Source: an uncultured Actinomycetota bacterium
GTDB taxonomy: Bacteria > Actinomycetota > Actinomycetes > Propionibacteriales > Nocardioidaceae
DNA length: 64,000 nt
Assembly: GCA_963832415.1 (NCBI GenBank)
Contig: CAWHTZ010000014.1
Span: forward strand, 295,339-359,338
Reading direction: 5' to 3'
Shown here: positions 7,258 through 17,201 of the stretch, piece after piece
Numbering within the stretch: position 1 is the stretch's first letter
Layout of the letters: each line of letters opens with the position of its first letter
Notes under the pieces: generated by a model
Seen by the model: the letters and a program-made list of their open reading frames with translations, nothing else
What the model was told of the DNA's origin: nothing
Databases searched by the model: none
Translations under genes and position numbers: made by a program

Positions 7258-9315
7258 TCACCCGAGCAGCGCGAGGACGTCCTCGCCGTACTTGTCGAGC
7301 TTCGAGCGCCCGATCCCGCTGATCCGCAGGAGGTCCCGCTCGGTGCGGGGCTGGTGCTCCGCGATGAGCTGGAGGGTGGCGTCGGTGAAGACGACGTATG
7401 CCGGCACGCTCTCCTCCCCCGCCCGCTCGCGGCGCCACTCGCGCAGCCGCTCGAAGAGCGCCTCGTCGTAGGACGCCGGGCACTCCGCACAGCGGCCGGT
7501 CTTGCGCTCCGCCGGGGAGGCGAGCGGGCGACCGCACTCGCGGCAGTTCGCCGGACCGCGCTTGCGCGAGCGGGCCGACCTCCTCCCCGCCGCGGCAGGC
7601 TCGACGGGGTCGTCGGGCCGGAGCCCGTCGAGGAAGCGGCTGGGCCGGCGGCTGCCCCGCCCCCCGGGCTGCCGGGCCGCCGCCCAGGACCCGTGCAGCT
7701 CCCGTCGGGCCCTCGTCACCCCGACGTAGAGCAGGCGCCGCTCCTCCTCCACCGCCGCTGCGCTCTCGGCGTAGGTGATCGGCAGGGTGCCCTCCTGCAG
7801 GCCGCACAGGAACACGACCTCCCACTCGAGGCCCTTGGCGGCGTGCAGCGTGGCGAGCGTGACTCCCTCGGCGACCGGCGCGTGCTGCTCCGACGCGCGC
7901 CGGTCCAGCTCGTCGACGAAGTCCCCCAGCCGGCGCGCGCCCCCCGGCTCGGCGGCGGACCACGCGGTGGCCTGGTCCACCAACGCCTGCAGCGACTCCC
8001 AGCGGTCGCGGGTCTGCCCCCGCGCGGTGGGCGCCTCGGGCGACCAGCCCATCCCCGAGAGCACCGCCCGCACGTCGGCCACGAGGTCCTCGCCGGCCTC
8101 GCCGCCCCGGGCGGTGCCGCGCAGCAGCGTGACCGCCTGCCGCACCTCGGGCCGCTCGAAGAAGCGGGCGGCCCCGCGCACGACGTAGGGCAGGCCGCGG
8201 GCCGCGAGCGCCTCCTCGTAGGCCTCCGACTGCGCATTGATCCGGAACAGGACCGCGATCTCGCTCAGGGGGGTCCCACCGTCGCGGAGCGCCAGCACCC
8301 GCGCGGCGACCTGCTCGGCCTCGTCGACCTCGTCGCGGCGGCCGCTCCAGGTCACCTCGGGGCCGGGCCCCCGCACCGCGCTCAGCTCGACGCCGCGGCT
8401 CGGCGTGCCGGCGAGCAGGGCGTTGGCCGCGGCCACGACCTGCGGCGTGGAGCGGTAGTTGCGGACGAGCTCCACCGACGTCGCGCCGGGGTAGCGGGTC
8501 GGGAAGTCGCGCAGCGCGGCGGCGTCCGCCCCGGCGAAGGAGTAGATCGTCTGGGAGGGGTCGCCCACGACGCAGAGCTCGTCGCGCCCCCCCAGCCACA
8601 GGTCGAGCAGCGCGGACTGCAGCGGCGAGACGTCCTGGAACTCGTCGACGACGAAGAACTTGTACTGCTGGCGCACCTGCGCGGCGACCCGCTCGTCATC
8701 GGCGAGCATGCCGGCGCAGAGGAGCAGCACGTCCTCCATGTCCATGCGGCCCTGGGCGCGCTTGGCCTCCTCGTAGGAGGACAGCACGCGCGCCACGAGG
8801 GCCGGGTCCTGGCCCGCCACGGAGCGCTCCCGAGCGGGGGCGAGGCGGGCGTACTGGTCGGGCTGGACGTTGCTCACCTTGGCCCACTCGACCTCGGCGG
8901 CCAGGTCGCGCAGCGTCGCCTGGTCGGTGGGCAGCCGGTGTCGTCGCGCGGCGCCGGCCACCAGCGAGAGCTTCGACTCGGTCAGCGTCGGCAGCTCCTG
9001 GCCGTGGAGGCGGGGCCAGAAGTAGCGAAGCTGTCGGAGCGCGGCGGAGTGAAAGGTGCGCGCCTGCACCCCGCCGGCACCGAGGGCGCGGAGCCGCCCC
9101 CGCATCTCGCCCGCCGCCCGCGTGGTGAACGTCACGGCCAGCACCTCGGGGGGCTGGTAGGTCCCCGTGGCCACCCCGTGGGCGATCCGGTGCGTGATCG
9201 CCCGCGTCTTGCCGGTGCCCGCACCGGCCAGGACCCGCACCGGGCCGCGCAGCGCCTCGGCCACCCGGCGCTGCTCGGGGTCGAGCGCGGCCAGCAGATC
9301 TCCCGGGTCGGGCAT
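7258..9315 (-). CDS. uvrD2: ATP-dependent DNA helicase UvrD2
   Basis: Walker A AGAGTGKTR, UvrD/Rep motifs, tetracysteine CRECG...CAECP, C-terminal HRDC-like tail (YVVFTDATLQLIAEHQP...ISGIGRSKL). ATG 9315 (MPDPGDLL) with GAGGAG upstream. Confidence 0.9.
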   Translation of the reverse strand: MPDPGDLLAALDPEQRRVAEALRGPVRVLAGAGTGKTRAITHRIAHGVATGTYQPPEVLAVTFTTRAAGEMRGRLRALGAGGVQARTFHSAALRQLRYFWPRLHGQELPTLTESKLSLVAGAARRHRLPTDQATLRDLAAEVEWAKVSNVQPDQYARLAPARERSVAGQDPALVARVLSSYEEAKRAQGRMDMEDVLLLCAGMLADDERVAAQVRQQYKFFVVDEFQDVSPLQSALLDLWLGGRDELCVVGDPSQTIYSFAGADAAALRDFPTRYPGATSVELVRNYRSTPQVVAAANALLAGTPSRGVELSAVRGPGPEVTWSGRRDEVDEAEQVAARVLALRDGGTPLSEIAVLFRINAQSEAYEEALAARGLPYVVRGAARFFERPEVRQAVTLLRGTARGGEAGEDLVADVRAVLSGMGWSPEAPTARGQTRDRWESLQALVDQATAWSAAEPGGARRLGDFVDELDRRASEQHAPVAEGVTLATLHAAKGLEWEVVFLCGLQEGTLPITYAESAAAVEEERRLLYVGVTRARRELHGSWAAARQPGGRGSRRPSRFLDGLRPDDPVEPAAAGRRSARSRKRGPANCRECGRPLASPAERKTGRCAECPASYDEALFERLREWRRERAGEESVPAYVVFTDATLQLIAEHQPRTERDLLRISGIGRSKLDKYGEDVLALLG

Positions 9316-9352
9316 GCGGGAACAACTCCTCGGCGACGATCGTTGACGACAC

Positions 9353-9374
9353 AGGCTAGAGGGCGGCCCCGACA
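9353..9374 (-). promoter_or_regulatory. RecA-independent (PafBC-type, RecA-NDp-like) promoter motif upstream of uvrD2
   Basis: Minus strand TGTCGGGG-ccgccctc-TAGCCT, versus consensus tTGTCRgtg-N8-TAnnnT. Lies about 40 nt upstream of the uvrD2 ATG. Confidence 0.45.
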
Positions 9375-9454
9375 CGACGGACCGCCGTCCTCCAGCGCCG
9401 CACAGAGACTGCGCACCCCCCGGCACCCCCGCAGGAGAGGACACCAGCGACGCC

Positions 9455-9703
9455 ATGAGCGCCCACTTCACGATGTACAGCACCCCGTGGTGCGGCTACT
9501 GCCACCGGCTGAAGAGCCAGCTCGAGCGTGAGGACATCGGCTTCGAGGTCGTCGACATCGCGCGGGACCCGGCGGCCGCCCAGGTCGTCGAGCGGGCCAA
9601 CGGCGGCGACCAGACCGTCCCGACGCTGGTCTACAGCGACGGCTCGGCCATGACGAACCCCTCGCTGATCCAGGTCAAGGAGAAGCTGGCCGCGCTGGCC
9701 TGA
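9455..9703 (+). CDS. Mycoredoxin / glutaredoxin-like protein
   Basis: 82 aa thioredoxin-fold protein with active site CGYC. Divergent from uvrD2, as in mycobacteria (Rv3198A). Confidence 0.85.
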   Translation: MSAHFTMYSTPWCGYCHRLKSQLEREDIGFEVVDIARDPAAAQVVERANGGDQTVPTLVYSDGSAMTNPSLIQVKEKLAALA

Positions 9704-9712
9704 GCCGGCCGG

Positions 9713-10618
9713 TCACCACTGGCCGGGAAGCGGCCCGCCGTACCACTCCTCGATCAGCGACCGGCTGATCGAGACACCGCCGGGCAGGCGCAGGCTTCCC
9801 TCCTCCGCCTCGGCGCGCATCTCGGCCCGCGTGAACCACCGGGCGTCGGCGAGCTCGCCGTCGTGGCGGGTGATGGCGGTGCTGCGGGCGCGCGCGCTGA
9901 AGCCCACCATCAGGCTGGCGGGCAGCGGCCAGGGCTGGTTGCCGAAGTAGCGCACCTCGCCGACCGCGACGCCGGTCTCCTCGGCCACCTCCCGACGGAC
10001 GGCGTCCTCGAGCATCTCGCCGGGCTCGCAGAAGCCGGCGAGCGTGGAGTAGCGCCCCTCGGGCCAGACCCGCTGCCGGCCGAGGAGGCACCGCTCCTCC
10101 TCGGCGCCGGGCTCGCCCGCCGTCACCACCATGATCACGGCGGGATCGGTCCGCGGGAACTGGCGCCGCCCGCAGGCGGGGCAGGCCAGCTCGTGACCCG
10201 CGGCGGTGGCCTCGAGCCGCGCGCCGCAGCGCGGGCAGTGCCGGGTGGCCCAGTGCCACTCCGCGAGCCCCAGGGCGTGGAAGACCAGCGGGGCCCGCTC
10301 CAGCCCCTCCTCGAGGTGCCCGAGCAGGCCGCGCAGGGGCACCCACGAGGGATCGTCGCGCGCCAGGGCGGCGTCGGCCAGCACGGCGAAGTGGGTGCGG
10401 CCCGCACGCTCGCCGAGCAGCAGCCGGACGCCGTCGGGTGCCTGGGCGGGGGTGACCCACGGCAGCCTCCCGCCGTCGGGCCGCACCCGGGTGCCGGCGA
10501 CCACCAGGACGCGGCTCTCCTGGTCCGCCCACCGCTCGGCCAGCCAGGCCTCGTCGGAGCGGCGCAGGCCGTGTCGTTCGTGCGCGTCGGCGGCGAGCTG
10601 TTCGTGCGGGTAGGTCAC
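9713..10618 (-). CDS. nudC: NAD+ diphosphatase NudC
   Basis: Zinc ribbon CPRCG...CPACG followed by Nudix box (GFCEPGEMLEDAVRREVAEETGV) and QPWPLPASLM. GTG start 10618. Confidence 0.85.
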   Translation of the reverse strand: MTYPHEQLAADAHERHGLRRSDEAWLAERWADQESRVLVVAGTRVRPDGGRLPWVTPAQAPDGVRLLLGERAGRTHFAVLADAALARDDPSWVPLRGLLGHLEEGLERAPLVFHALGLAEWHWATRHCPRCGARLEATAAGHELACPACGRRQFPRTDPAVIMVVTAGEPGAEEERCLLGRQRVWPEGRYSTLAGFCEPGEMLEDAVRREVAEETGVAVGEVRYFGNQPWPLPASLMVGFSARARSTAITRHDGELADARWFTRAEMRAEAEEGSLRLPGGVSISRSLIEEWYGGPLPGQW

Positions 10619-10631
10619 GCCTCGAGGCTAG

Positions 10632-13600
10632 TCACGTCCTGAGCAGCTCCTGCAGCTCCTCCCGCCCGGGCAGGTCGGGCGGCTCGACCACCTCGCCGCT
10701 GCGGACGTAGTAGAAGGCCGCCCGCACTCGCTCGACCGGCACCCCCTGGAGCTCGGCCCACGCCAGCCGGTAGACGGCGAGCTGGAGCGGGTCGGCGCTG
10801 GCCGACCGGTTCGTCTTCCAGTCCACGACGAGGTAGTCCGCGCCCGGGTCCGGGTCGGCGTACACCGCGTCGATGCGGCAGCGCACCACCTGGCCGTCGA
10901 GCACCAGCGCCACCGACGGCTCGACGGCGTGCGGCACCCGCTCGGCAAAGGGGCCCCGCTCGAAGAGCCCGACGAGCTCCGCGAGGTCGGCCGCGTCGTC
11001 GATGCCGGTGTCGGCCCGGCCGGGCAGCTCGTCGGGGTCGAGCAGCTGCTGCTGGCCGAAGCGCGCCTCCACCCACGCGTGGAACCGCGTGCCGAACCGC
11101 GCCGCGGCGGAGGGCCTGCGCGGCATCGGGCGGGCGAGGTCGCGCGCGAACCCCTCGGGGTCGTCGCGGAGCCGGGCAAGTGCCGTGGCGGACAGGCTGG
11201 CCGGCAGCGGCACCTCGATCTCCGGCGCGCGCTCGCGGGAGACCTCCTCGACCAGGCGCTCGATCTCCTCGTCCCACTGCGCGATCCGCTCGAGCAGCAG
11301 CACGTCCTCGACGTCGTCCTCCGCTGCCGGCGCGTCGGCCACGGCGCGCACGCGCTTGGCGGCCTCCTGACGGCGCACCACCTCGTCGGTGTGGTGGTCG
11401 ATCGGCCAGGGCAGGTCGGCCGAGACGTCGGCATACGGGTGCGGGGCGCCCTTCGCCGGCGCGTCCTCCCAGCGGTCGGGCTCGCCGCCCCAGGCGGCCA
11501 TGGCGTCGCGGGTGCGCTGCAGGTAGGACGACGGCCCGCGGCCGGTCTTCAGGGTCGGCGACCAGCACCACGACGACACCGTCACCTCGTGCCGGGCACG
11601 GGTCCAGGCGACGTAGCCGAGCCGGAGCTCCTCCCGCGCCTCGTGCAGGCGGGCGTCGTCCTTCAGTCGGTTGATGTCCTCGGGGGTGTGCCCCGCCAGC
11701 GCGGGGCGGTCGCGCGCGTCGCCCCGCAGGGGGCCAGGCATCACCTGCGGCACCGTGAGCCAGCTCGGGCGACCCTGCTCGGAGGGGAACTTCTTCTCGG
11801 TCACGCCGACGAGGAACACCGCGTCCCACTCCAGCCCCTTGGCGCGGTGCACGGTGAGGAGCTTGACGGAGTCGGACTCGCTGGGGACGGCCACGTCGAG
11901 CCCCTGGCCCATGTCGTCCTCGGCCTCCAGCCACGCCAGCAGGGCCGCGAGGGTGACCTGGCCGTCGACCGCCTGGAAGTCGGCGACCGCCTGCACGAAG
12001 AGGTCGAGGTTGTCCCGGCGGGCCGCGGCGGCCGGGCTCACCGAGGAGGCGAGCTCGACGTCGATGCCGGTGACGTCGACGATGCGGCGCACCAGGTCGA
12101 GGATCGGCTCGCCCGCCAGCGCGCGCAGCCGCCGGAGCTCCTCGGCCAGCAGCGCGAAGCGCTCGCGCGCCTCGGCGGAGTAGGCAAGCGCCCCCGGGTC
12201 CTCGAGCGCGTCGCACAGCGAGGGGATCTCCGTCGGGTCGGCGCCCTCCACCGCGGCCGCCAGGTCGGCCGCGGGGTCCGCACCGTCGCCCGCGCCGTCG
12301 TCCGCGCCGGGCGCACCCCGCAACCCCTGGGTGGCCGCGAGCTCGCCGGCGCGGCGTCCGAGGAGCGCGAGGTCGCGCGGGCCGATCGCCCACCGCGGCC
12401 CCGTCAGCAGCGTGAGCAGGCTGGCGTTGGCGGTGACGTCGTCGACGAGCGCGAGGGTGGCCATCACCTCGGCGACCTCGGGCAGCCGCAGCAGGCCCTT
12501 GAGGCCGACGATCTCGACCGGGATCTCGCGGGCGGTCAGCGCGTCGAAGACCGCGGCCGCGGTGGCGTTGTCACGGGTGAGCACCCCGATCTCGCGCCAG
12601 CACTCGGGCGGCGGCTCCGCTCGGCCCCGCGCCGGTGTCGCCGCGGCGAGGCGGGCATGCGTCGCGAGCACCTCGTCGGCCAGCCAGGCGAGCTCGTCAT
12701 CGACCTTCTCGTGCACCACGGCGCGCACCGTGCCCGCCTGCGCACCCGGCTTCGGCTCGAGCGGGAGCAGCTCGGGGCGGGAGGCGTAGAGGTCCTCCGC
12801 GAGGTGGTTGGCGGTGGCGAGGATGCGCTCGTCGGAGCGGCGGTTCACCGTCAGGGGGTACACCCGCCGCGTGCCGTCGGCCGCGGGGAAGGAGGCATGG
12901 AACTCGAGGATGTTGCTCACCGAGGCGCCCCGCCAGCCATAGATGGCCTGGTTGGGGTCGCCGACCGCGGTGACCGCGTGGCCCAGGCCGCGCCGGGGTT
13001 CCGGCCCGGAGAAGATCCCGCCGAGCATCAGCGCCTGCGCGACCGAGGTGTCCTGGTACTCGTCGAGCAGGACGACGCGGTACTTCTCCCGCTCCGCCTC
13101 GCCGACCTCGGGGCGCTCCGCGGCCAGCCGGGCCGCGAGGGAGATCTGGTCGGAGAAGTCCATGACGCCGTGGTGAGCCTTGAGCGCCCGATAGGTCCGC
13201 ACCAGGTCGAGCAGCTCGGCGCGCTTGTCGATGGCGGCGATCGCCTTCTCGCACCTCTCCCGATAGGTCTTGCGGTGCTCGGCCGCCATTCCCTCCTCGA
13301 AGCGGGGCCGCTCCCGCGCGTCGAAGGCACGCACCTCGGCCGGGTCGACCAGGTGCTCGGCCATCTCCGCGTCGAGGGCCAGCAGCGCCTGGACGACGTG
13401 GCGCGGCGAGTCGGTCAGGTGCTCGACCGGGCCCGTGTGCCGGGCGATCGCACGCGCGGCGAGCTGATAGCGGCTGGCGTCGGCGATCAGCCGCGTGTCG
13501 GGCTCGTGGCCGATCCGCAGGCCGTGCTCGGAGAGCAGCGAGGCGGCATAGGCGTGGTAGGTCGCGACGGTCGGCTCCTCGACCTCCTCGGCGCCCTCAT

Positions 13601-13916
13601 CCCGTTGGCCGCGCTCGGGCAGCAGACCCGCCGCGCGCAGGCTCCCGCGGATGCGGTGCTCGAGCTCGGCGGTCGCCTTCGTCGTGAACGTCAGGCCGAG
13701 CACCTCCTCGGGCCGCACCCGGCCGGTGGCCACCAGCCACACGACCCGCGCCGCCATCACCGTGGTCTTGCCCGACCCCGCCCCGGCGATCACCACGGCG
13801 GGCTCCAACGGCGCCGTGATCGCCTCGAACTGCTGGGCGCTGAAGGTGAAGTCCACGCCGAGCACGGCGCGGAGCTCTTCGGGGGTGCGGATCTGCCGGG
13901 GCTGGGGCGCGGTCAC
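10632..13916 (-). CDS. adnB: ATP-dependent helicase-nuclease subunit AdnB
   Basis: UvrD-like helicase (AGAGSGKTT, LLDEYQDT) plus C-terminal RecB/PD-(D/E)XK nuclease (IDAVYAD...YLVVDWKT). GTG start overlaps the adnA stop (GTGA at 13913-13916). Confidence 0.85.
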   Translation of the reverse strand: MTAPQPRQIRTPEELRAVLGVDFTFSAQQFEAITAPLEPAVVIAGAGSGKTTVMAARVVWLVATGRVRPEEVLGLTFTTKATAELEHRIRGSLRAAGLLPERGQRDEGAEEVEEPTVATYHAYAASLLSEHGLRIGHEPDTRLIADASRYQLAARAIARHTGPVEHLTDSPRHVVQALLALDAEMAEHLVDPAEVRAFDARERPRFEEGMAAEHRKTYRERCEKAIAAIDKRAELLDLVRTYRALKAHHGVMDFSDQISLAARLAAERPEVGEAEREKYRVVLLDEYQDTSVAQALMLGGIFSGPEPRRGLGHAVTAVGDPNQAIYGWRGASVSNILEFHASFPAADGTRRVYPLTVNRRSDERILATANHLAEDLYASRPELLPLEPKPGAQAGTVRAVVHEKVDDELAWLADEVLATHARLAAATPARGRAEPPPECWREIGVLTRDNATAAAVFDALTAREIPVEIVGLKGLLRLPEVAEVMATLALVDDVTANASLLTLLTGPRWAIGPRDLALLGRRAGELAATQGLRGAPGADDGAGDGADPAADLAAAVEGADPTEIPSLCDALEDPGALAYSAEARERFALLAEELRRLRALAGEPILDLVRRIVDVTGIDVELASSVSPAAAARRDNLDLFVQAVADFQAVDGQVTLAALLAWLEAEDDMGQGLDVAVPSESDSVKLLTVHRAKGLEWDAVFLVGVTEKKFPSEQGRPSWLTVPQVMPGPLRGDARDRPALAGHTPEDINRLKDDARLHEAREELRLGYVAWTRARHEVTVSSWCWSPTLKTGRGPSSYLQRTRDAMAAWGGEPDRWEDAPAKGAPHPYADVSADLPWPIDHHTDEVVRRQEAAKRVRAVADAPAAEDDVEDVLLLERIAQWDEEIERLVEEVSRERAPEIEVPLPASLSATALARLRDDPEGFARDLARPMPRRPSAAARFGTRFHAWVEARFGQQQLLDPDELPGRADTGIDDAADLAELVGLFERGPFAERVPHAVEPSVALVLDGQVVRCRIDAVYADPDPGADYLVVDWKTNRSASADPLQLAVYRLAWAELQGVPVERVRAAFYYVRSGEVVEPPDLPGREELQELLRT

Positions 13917-16900
13917 GACAGCACGCTCCCGGAGTTCTGGGTCGGGCAGAGGGCGACGAAGGAGCAGCGCTGGCAGTGCGGCCCCGGCCGGGCCACGAAC
14001 TCCTCCTCGCGCAGCGCCGCCACGGCCGCGGCGAGCTGCCGGAGGACCGGCCGGTCGGCCGCGCCGGGCGGGCCCGGCTCCTGGGCCTGCACCTTGGGCC
14101 CCTCGCCCCCGCCGGCCGCGGGGTGCCGCAGCTGCACCAGCTCGGCCCCGCCGGCGGTGACCGGCCGCCCGGCGGCCTCGTCGGCGGCGCCGTGGTCGAC
14201 CGCGAGCTGGTAGATCCCGAGCTGCGGGTGCGCGGCGATCTGGGGGCCGGTCGGGGGATACTTCCCGGTCTTCAGGTCCACCACGACGACCCGGCCGTCC
14301 TCGTCGAGCTCGAGGCGGTCGGCGTAGCCGTGCAGGCGCACGGCGGTGCCGTCGGGCAGCGTCACCTCGGCGGAGAGGCGGCCCTCGGTGGCCACCACGG
14401 TGCGCGCGCCGGGCCGGGTGTGCCAGGCGAGGAAGCGCGCGAGCGCGTCACGGACGGCGGCGCGCTCCCGGCCGCCCGACCACGGGGTGCGGAACGCCAT
14501 CCGGTCCCAGACCTGGTCGACGAGCGGCATGAGGTGGGTGTCGACGTCCTCGGCGACGAGATCGCCGCTGGCCACGCGCTCCGCCAGGGCGTGCACCACC
14601 GTGCCGAAGCCCTGCTGGGCGGAGCTGACCTCCGAGCCCCCGGCCTCGCGCTGCAGGAACCACTGCGCCGGGCACGTCAGCAGGCCCTCGAGCGTGCTGG
14701 CGCTGACGACCAGCGGCCGGTCCGTCGGGCGCACGGGCGTCAGCGACCGACTGGGGGCGCGCATCCCCCACCACGTGGCGGGGTCGGCGGCGGGTGCCAG
14801 CGCGCGTCCGCGCACCTGCGTGGTGGCCAGCCGGTGCAGGCGCCGGGCGGCGGCCTCCCGCAGCGCCTCCGGCTCCCCCGCGTCGGCCACGGTCCGGCGC
14901 AGCTCGGCGACCAGGCCGGCCATCGACAGCGGGCGACGTGGCCGCCCGGCGCGGTGCTGCACCGGCCGGCCCAGCTCGTCGAGGAATCGACTCGGCTGCT
15001 CGCCGTCGTCGTCGGGCGAGGCGACCGCTGTGACCACGAGCCGCTGGCGCGGGCGGGTGCAGGCGACGTAGAAGAGGCGACGCTCCTCCGCGAGCAGCGC
15101 CGCGCGCGTCAGCGGCGGGACGACGCCGTCGCGGCCGATCCGGTCGGCGCCGAGGAGCGAGTCGCGGCGGCGCAGGTCGGGCCAGGCGCCCTCCTGCACG
15201 TGGGCGACCACCACGAGGCGCCACTCCAGGCCCTTGGACCGGTGCGCGGTCAGCAGCCGCACCGCGTCGCCGCGGACGCCGCGATCGGCGAGGGTGTCCG
15301 CCGGGATCTCCTGCGCGCGCAGGGTCGCGAGGAAGGCGCCGACACTGGTGCGGCCCTTCTGCTCCTCCACGCGGGCGGCGGTCTCGAAGAGCGCGCACAC
15401 CGCGTCGAGGTCGCGGTGGGCCAGCCGGGCCGCCTGGCCGCCGGCGCGCGTGGCGCGGCGCAGCCGCTCACCCCAGTCGCAGCCGTCCCACAGCGTCCAC
15501 AGCACCTCCTCGACCACTGCCCCCGCCTCGAGCCCGGCGCGGGCGCGGGCGACCAGACGCGCGAGCCGGTGGGCCCGCCGCGCCGCGTCGCCGGGGAGGC
15601 CCGCGGTGCGGTGGGGGTCGAGCACCGCGGCCCGCACCAGCGCGCGCGGGGTCGAGGTGGGGTCGCGCCGGCGCAGGTCCCGGGTCAGCGCGCGCACGTC
15701 GGTGGCGTCGAGCCCGCCGAGCGGGGAGGTCAACAGCGCCTCGGCGCGGTCGGCGGTCACGTGGTCCTCGTCGGTGGGGTCCTCCACCTCGGCGTCGAGC
15801 ACGACGCCCAGGGCCCCCAGCAGCGGCAGGACCGCCGGCTCGCGCACCAGCGGCGTCTCGTCGGAGGCCACCTCCACCGGGACGCCGGCCGCGGTCAGCG
15901 AGCGGCGCAGGCCCGGGATGGAGGAGCGGCCCGAGCGCACGAGCACCGCCATGTCGGACCAGGCCACGCCCTCCTCGAGGTGCGCCCGCCGGAGCAGGTC
16001 GGCCACCTGCTCGGTCTCTGCCCGGGCCGAGTCGAACGTGAGCGCCTCCACCGCGCCCGGACCGAGGTCGTGCGCGACGGGCTCCGGGTCGCGGAAGGCG
16101 GCGTAGGCCTCCCGCGGGATCGAGCCGGAGACGCCGATGCCCGCCGCGATCGCCCGCGAGGCGCGCAGCACGCGGGAGCCGAACCGCCGCGTGGTCGTCA
16201 GCGCCACCACGTCGGCCGGCCTGCCGTCGCGCCGGGGGAAGACCCGGGGGAAGTCGAGGATGCCGCGCACGTCGGCGCCACGGAACCCGTAGATCGACTG
16301 GTCGGGGTCGCCCACGACCACCAGGTCCCGGCCGTCGCCGGCGAGCGCCTGGAGCAGCGCGACCTGGCTGGGGTCGGTGTCCTGGTATTCGTCGACGAAC
16401 ACGTGCCGCAGCCGGGATCGCAGGTCGGCCTGGTGCTCGCGGGCCTGGGCGACGCCGCGCACCACCAGGTCGGCATAGTCGATGGCCGACTGGTCGCCCA
16501 GGACGTCGAGGTACTGCGCCAGGAAGAGGCCGGCCGCCTCCCACTCGGGCAGCGACTCGTCCCGGCCGAGCGCGATGAGCTGGTCGGGGTCGAGCCCGCG
16601 CTCCCGGGCGCGGGAGAGCACGGCGTGCACCTCCCGCGCGAACCCGCGGGTGCCGACGGCCGCGCGCAGGTGGTCGGGCCAGCGCACCGACTCGGGCGCC
16701 TCGGAGAGCAGCTCGCCGAGGACGACGTCCTGCTCGGGCGCCGAGAGCAGCCGCAGCGGCGCGGCGTACAGCTCGGCGGGCGCGTAGCGCCGGACCAGCC
16801 CGTAGGCGAAGGAGTGGAAGGTGGAGGAAAGGGTGGTCGACATCGTGCGGCCGAGGCGCGCCGTGACCCGGTCGCGCAGCTGCTCCGCCGCCTTGCGGGA

Positions 16901-17137
16901 GAAGGTCAGCGCCAGGATCTCGTCGGGGCGCGCGCCGTCCTCGACGCGGCGGGCGATGGCCTCGACCAGGGTCGTCGTCTTGCCGGTGCCGGGGCCGGCC
17001 AGCACGAGCAGCGGACCGCCGGCGTGGTCGACGACCCGCTGCTGCTGCGCGTCCAGCGTCGGCGCGTGGCCGGGCGCGGCGTGCCGCACCAGACGGTACG
17101 ACGTGCGCTCCTGCTCGGGGGGGACCGTCGTGCTCAC
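13913..17137 (-). CDS. adnA: ATP-dependent helicase-nuclease subunit AdnA
   Basis: AGPGTGKTT, VDEYQDTD, C-terminal nuclease (ADRLELDEDGRVVVVDLKTGK) and Cys cluster (CPAQW...CQRCSFVALC). Paired with adnB. Confidence 0.85.
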   Translation of the reverse strand: MSTTVPPEQERTSYRLVRHAAPGHAPTLDAQQQRVVDHAGGPLLVLAGPGTGKTTTLVEAIARRVEDGARPDEILALTFSRKAAEQLRDRVTARLGRTMSTTLSSTFHSFAYGLVRRYAPAELYAAPLRLLSAPEQDVVLGELLSEAPESVRWPDHLRAAVGTRGFAREVHAVLSRARERGLDPDQLIALGRDESLPEWEAAGLFLAQYLDVLGDQSAIDYADLVVRGVAQAREHQADLRSRLRHVFVDEYQDTDPSQVALLQALAGDGRDLVVVGDPDQSIYGFRGADVRGILDFPRVFPRRDGRPADVVALTTTRRFGSRVLRASRAIAAGIGVSGSIPREAYAAFRDPEPVAHDLGPGAVEALTFDSARAETEQVADLLRRAHLEEGVAWSDMAVLVRSGRSSIPGLRRSLTAAGVPVEVASDETPLVREPAVLPLLGALGVVLDAEVEDPTDEDHVTADRAEALLTSPLGGLDATDVRALTRDLRRRDPTSTPRALVRAAVLDPHRTAGLPGDAARRAHRLARLVARARAGLEAGAVVEEVLWTLWDGCDWGERLRRATRAGGQAARLAHRDLDAVCALFETAARVEEQKGRTSVGAFLATLRAQEIPADTLADRGVRGDAVRLLTAHRSKGLEWRLVVVAHVQEGAWPDLRRRDSLLGADRIGRDGVVPPLTRAALLAEERRLFYVACTRPRQRLVVTAVASPDDDGEQPSRFLDELGRPVQHRAGRPRRPLSMAGLVAELRRTVADAGEPEALREAAARRLHRLATTQVRGRALAPAADPATWWGMRAPSRSLTPVRPTDRPLVVSASTLEGLLTCPAQWFLQREAGGSEVSSAQQGFGTVVHALAERVASGDLVAEDVDTHLMPLVDQVWDRMAFRTPWSGGRERAAVRDALARFLAWHTRPGARTVVATEGRLSAEVTLPDGTAVRLHGYADRLELDEDGRVVVVDLKTGKYPPTGPQIAAHPQLGIYQLAVDHGAADEAAGRPVTAGGAELVQLRHPAAGGGEGPKVQAQEPGPPGAADRPVLRQLAAAVAALREEEFVARPGPHCQRCSFVALCPTQNSGSVLS

Positions 17138-17143
17138 GGGACC

Positions 17144-17165
17144 ATCACAACACCCGGCGCCGACA
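17144..17165 (-). promoter_or_regulatory. Weaker RecA-NDp-like motif immediately upstream of adnA (possible leaderless start)
   Basis: Minus strand TGTCGGCG-ccgggtgt-TGTGAT, then 6 nt to GTG 17137. The -10 deviates from TAnnnT at position 2. Confidence 0.3.
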
Positions 17166-17201
17166 CGGCCCGACCAGGTGCGCCCGATCAGGTGTGCCCG
17201 G

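Noticed and set aside
10929-14213. Very long ORFs on the opposite strand or in other frames of recognised genes. Examples: 10929-14213 +, 13976-17266 +, 7150-9531 +, 45208-48009 +, 45299-48364 -, 51379-54720 +, 56860-60549 +, 23-1297 -.
   Set aside because: Their translations are monotonous Arg/Gly/Pro/Ala/His strings without motifs. They fully overlap genes with unmistakable family signatures (AdnAB, UvrD2, SecA, LpqB/MtrB, AhcY). This is the expected stop-codon-poor artefact of DNA with about 70% GC or more.
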